Below are positions 60,835 to 64,000 of a DNA stretch of 64,000 nt, piece by piece. Source of the DNA: Cyanophyceae cyanobacterium (lineage in GTDB: Bacteria; Cyanobacteriota; Cyanobacteriia; Cyanobacteriales; Laspinemataceae); NCBI GenBank assembly GCA_038321985.1, contig JBBQFN010000002.1, forward strand, positions 320,001 through 384,000, in the 5' to 3' direction. How positions within the stretch are numbered: the first letter of the stretch is position 1; every line of letters starts with the position of its first letter. A model generated the notes under the pieces. It did not search any database. It saw nothing but the letters and a program-made list of their open reading frames with translations, and was not told the DNA's origin. Both the position numbers and the translations under genes were made by a program.

Positions 60835-63408
60835 TTAAAACCTCAACGAGTACCCAATTTTTAATGTTCTTCCCTGCCCTGCGGCATTAAAGACTTCATT
60901 AAAGCCGCCCAAAACTTGAGATTGTACCGGAAAATATTGGGAGTTGAATAAGTTCTCGACTCCAAATTCTAACCGTCCTGCCCCGAGTTGGAAGCTGCTA
61001 ATATAGTCTACAAGAAAATAAGCATCAATTTCATTATCATCCACTTCATCATCAAAGGCTCGTGCCCGTTGACCTGAATAGAGCAGTTGCAAACGATTCG
61101 ACCAATTTGAAGTCGTTTGATGGGCTAGGTAAGCCGTGGCTTTGATGGGAGAAATGCGGAAGCTAGAAATCGCTAGGTAATCCCCCTCATCTTCGGCGTC
61201 ACTTTCTCCTTCGGTCCAACTTAAAGTTCCCCCTAATGTAAAATTGGCCCCGGGTTGCCAGTCTGCTGTAGCCTCTACTCCATAAATCCGTTCCGGTGCC
61301 CGCACAAGCTGGGAAATCCCATCGATAAAGGTATAGTCTTCCCCTAAATCCGAGGTGTTGTAAAAACCAGCCAGAGAAACCTGGATTTGCTGCCACAGTC
61401 CACGCACCCCGATTTCATAGTTATTGACTTTGACCGGGTCGGTGATTTCTAGGTCATTTTCAACATTCGTAAACTCCTCGGGAGGATTACGAAGAATTCC
61501 CCCGAAGGAGGGAATGGAAAAGCCTTGGGCAAAGTTGGCAAATATCCCAAATTCTGGGGTTAAATTGACCACTGAACCGACATTAAATACGGTGTCGTTA
61601 AAGTCGCGATCGCCCCCTTGAATAGGGTCTCCAAAAAATGTGGTGTAATCGTCAACACTCAGGCCAATTCGTTCGTGACGCACCCCGGCGGTGAGTCTCA
61701 ACCACTCCGCTGCATCCCACTGACCTTGAGCAAATAAGCCCAGTTGGGTGACATTATACAGAGGGACAAAAGTCCGGTCGCCGGTTTTTCTAAACACACC
61801 GCGCTCATCAAAGGCTACGGGGTCAAATTCCTCAAAGGGGGCTTGATTATTCTCGTTGACATAATCTACACCCCATAGCAGACGAGCGCTTCCCGATGAA
61901 GTGAGGGGAGTTTCTACTTGGAGTTGTCCCCCCCATTTGTCTCCCTCAGCACGCTGACGGGCGATCGTATCAAAAAATCCCCCGCGAAAGTCCGCTGCAC
62001 CGACAATGGCGGTATATTCTCGATAGTAGGTTTGGGCTTGTAATTGACTGCCGAGGATGTCGTCATTGGTATAACGTAAACTGACGATAAAATTTTCGTC
62101 TCCGGCATCGTCGGTCCCTTCAAAATTGCCGTTAACTCTCAGGGGACGAGCTTTTTGCTGACCCTCTAAGTCTCGAACAATGGGGTCAGAGATAAAGTTA
62201 GTGTCTTGCCGTCCCACAAAATAATTACCCGTCAGTTGCAGGCGTTGGGTATCGCTGATATCTAGTCCCAATTTACCCAAGGCGCTGTATTCCCGGGCAT
62301 CAATCACCCCTCCCCCGCTGGTTTCGGGAATGCGATCGCCGTCGGCATCAAAAATTCCGGCGCTATCGTCGCGCACTACTGATACGGTATAGTCAACAAT
62401 TCCCTCTTTTTGGGAGAGTCCAAAATGTTGCCGGTTGCCGATACTATCGGATAAATGGTTGAGCGAACCCGTGAAACTAATTCCAGTATCAATACTAAAG
62501 ATATCCTGAGTCGGGCGTCGGGTAATAATATTAATCGATCCCCCGGTTGCCTGACTTCCATAAATCGCTGTCGGTCCCCGGACTACTTCAACTCGTTCGA
62601 TGGTATTGGGGTCGATCGCCCGTAGTTCGCGATCAAGTCCATAGTTGGACGTTTGGGGAATGCCATCGACTAAAATAGCAACGCTTCGTCCCCGCAAGGT
62701 TTGGATCACCGATCGCGGGGTACTGCCGCTCGTCGGTGGGCCTAAACCGGGGACGGTTTTCGCCAGAACATCCCGCAAGTCGGTAGAAATCGAGGTCTGT
62801 TCGTTGATGTCTTCGCGATCGACAACCGTAACCGATCTCGGCACTTTGATCAACCGTTCGGCAGTTCGCGTGGCGGTGACAATAATTTCTAAAATATCTT
62901 GTTGCTGATTCCCCGGGGTTTCCGATGTAGTGGGTGTCTCGGATTCGGGAAGTACAACCTCGGGTTCCGGTTCCGGTTCCGGTTCCGGTTCTTCGGCCAG
63001 ATCCGCCGGGGTGATGACCTGAAATGTGAGCGGCTTCGTCGGGTCGGTTGCTTGTACCGTCGGCATTGCCCTAGTTCCGGTGACGGTGAGGCGAATGCTA
63101 TTTTGATCTAAGCTGGTGACGGCGACTGCGGCAATTCCCTCAGCGGGGTTCTCCTGGCGAAATGAGCTCCCCTGGACCAATCGCAGTTGAGTATTGGGAA
63201 TATCAACAATCGTCGTCTCACCAAAACTAGAAGTAAAGACTTGGGGAACGCGATCGCCGATTGTTTCTAAGACAATTTGTAACCCCGTCGCGGTGGATTC
63301 CACTCGCACTCCGGTTACTTCTATCACTTGGGCAGTCGCTGGACTTGCCAATACCAGGACAGTTGCGCCCGCTAGCAATACTCCGGGCAAGAACGGCTCA
63401 AATTTCAA
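60835..63408 (-). CDS. TonB-dependent siderophore receptor with N-terminal AMIN domain (IutA/schizokinen-receptor-like)
   Basis: Signal peptide, AMIN, TonB-box region EIIVTATRT, QTLRGR..AILVDGIPQ, IERVEVVRGP.AIYG...GG.INIIT, C-terminal F; TTG start after GAGGAGAGG. Confidence 0.93.
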   Translation of the reverse strand: MKFEPFLPGVLLAGATVLVLASPATAQVIEVTGVRVESTATGLQIVLETIGDRVPQVFTSSFGETTIVDIPNTQLRLVQGSSFRQENPAEGIAAVAVTSLDQNSIRLTVTGTRAMPTVQATDPTKPLTFQVITPADLAEEPEPEPEPEPEVVLPESETPTTSETPGNQQQDILEIIVTATRTAERLIKVPRSVTVVDREDINEQTSISTDLRDVLAKTVPGLGPPTSGSTPRSVIQTLRGRSVAILVDGIPQTSNYGLDRELRAIDPNTIERVEVVRGPTAIYGSQATGGSINIITRRPTQDIFSIDTGISFTGSLNHLSDSIGNRQHFGLSQKEGIVDYTVSVVRDDSAGIFDADGDRIPETSGGGVIDAREYSALGKLGLDISDTQRLQLTGNYFVGRQDTNFISDPIVRDLEGQQKARPLRVNGNFEGTDDAGDENFIVSLRYTNDDILGSQLQAQTYYREYTAIVGAADFRGGFFDTIARQRAEGDKWGGQLQVETPLTSSGSARLLWGVDYVNENNQAPFEEFDPVAFDERGVFRKTGDRTFVPLYNVTQLGLFAQGQWDAAEWLRLTAGVRHERIGLSVDDYTTFFGDPIQGGDRDFNDTVFNVGSVVNLTPEFGIFANFAQGFSIPSFGGILRNPPEEFTNVENDLEITDPVKVNNYEIGVRGLWQQIQVSLAGFYNTSDLGEDYTFIDGISQLVRAPERIYGVEATADWQPGANFTLGGTLSWTEGESDAEDEGDYLAISSFRISPIKATAYLAHQTTSNWSNRLQLLYSGQRARAFDDEVDDNEIDAYFLVDYISSFQLGAGRLEFGVENLFNSQYFPVQSQVLGGFNEVFNAAGQGRTLKIGYSLRF
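62963..62991. repeat. (GGTTCC)n microsatellite encoding a Glu-Pro linker in the TBDT
   Basis: Four full copies plus a partial; protein EEPEPEPEPEPE. Confidence 0.8.
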
Positions 63409-63444
63409 TTTCCTCTCCTCAGTCCTAATCTATACAATAGAAGG

Positions 63445-63486
63445 TTTTGCAATTTATCTCAGTTATTGATAGTAATTTGCATTAGT
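63445..63486 (-). promoter_or_regulatory. Putative Fur box(es) upstream of the TBDT operon
   Basis: Minus-strand ACTAATGCAAATTACTATC (63468-63486) matches GATAATGATAATCATTATC at 13/19 by hand count; an adjacent AT-rich Fur-like segment lies at 63445-63465. Confidence 0.6.
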
Positions 63487-63734
63487 CACGTCAATCTACC
63501 CTAAGCGCTCTGTCACTGTCAAGAGGGAATAGCAAAAAATTTTAGTAAGGAGAGGAAATGGGGCAGGGCAATTTCTACGAAACCCCTGATTTTGTGTGGA
63601 TTTAACGGAAATTTTGGTTGATTTATCAGGGTTTTGAGGGCTAGACCGGTCAACAATCGAACCATCCTCGGGCAGAGGCTGTTTTTCAATACTGAAAACT
63701 TTTTGAGAATACTTAGCAAATAGGGGGAGGACTC

Positions 63735-64000
63735 TCAACTCAACTCTTTCTCTTCTATCTGCCCTACCAGGGGCCAACGGTATCCCAAAATTCCGACCAG
63801 GATCAAAACTAGAGAAGAAATTGCATATAACAAAGCCATCCCAGATCCCGCACCTGTACCGAAAATACGGCCAAACCAGGGCGTTAATGCGCCACCGGGT
63901 TGCATGGCGGGTTCAAAGAGGCAGTCGGCTAAGGGTCCGGCGACTGCGGTTGCAACAGTGGAGACTACTCCTAGGCCAAATGATTGGGCTGCAAATACCC
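63735..64000 (-). CDS. MFS transporter (DHA3/MefA-like), C-terminal part only
   Basis: Not in ORF track. Hand translation VFAAQSFGLGVVSTVATAVAGPLADCLFEPAMQPGGALTPWFGRIFGTGAGSGMALLYAISSLVLILVGILGYRWPLVGQIEEKELS*, typical cyanobacterial MFS C-terminus. Confidence 0.8.
   Translation of the reverse strand, partial: VFAAQSFGLGVVSTVATAVAGPLADCLFEPAMQPGGALTPWFGRIFGTGAGSGMALLYAISSLVLILVGILGYRWPLVGQIEEKELS

Overview
This 64 kb window is chromosomal DNA from a cyanobacterium. The HIP1 octamer GCGATCGC is dense throughout, and the gene set includes an HLIP, desA, bicA, NTRC, tocopherol cyclase and IleRS with a CAAD insert. A filamentous Oscillatoriales-type organism is inferred. Most of the window is housekeeping and signalling genes: ssb (partial), a sugar-phosphate nucleotidyltransferase, cobK, a MalK-type ATPase, sigA, thrC, ileS, a phosphohexomutase, two Ser/Thr kinases, a CHASE2 adenylate cyclase with a FecR partner, a GGDEF protein and a hybrid histidine kinase. 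Three CDSs absent from the ORF track were read by hand: ssb at the left edge, an hli gene at 7576-7731 and an MFS transporter end at the right edge. Three accessory features stand out. (1) A Fur-box-preceded siderophore uptake operon (AMIN-TBDT, binding protein, two permeases, ATPase) continues into an Apd1/Aim32-type [2Fe-2S] protein and an S45 acylase, a candidate system for importing, deacylating and reducing acylated siderophores. (2) A 129-bp MITE-like insertion sits in frame in the 5' end of that acylase. (3) A translationally coupled DUF262 + MAE_28990-type HEPN pair next to ileS is a candidate defence or toxin-antitoxin module. Several families of short palindromic repeats occur in intergenic space. 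No rRNA, tRNA, CRISPR array or transposase was seen. All family calls come from motif recognition by eye, with no database search.
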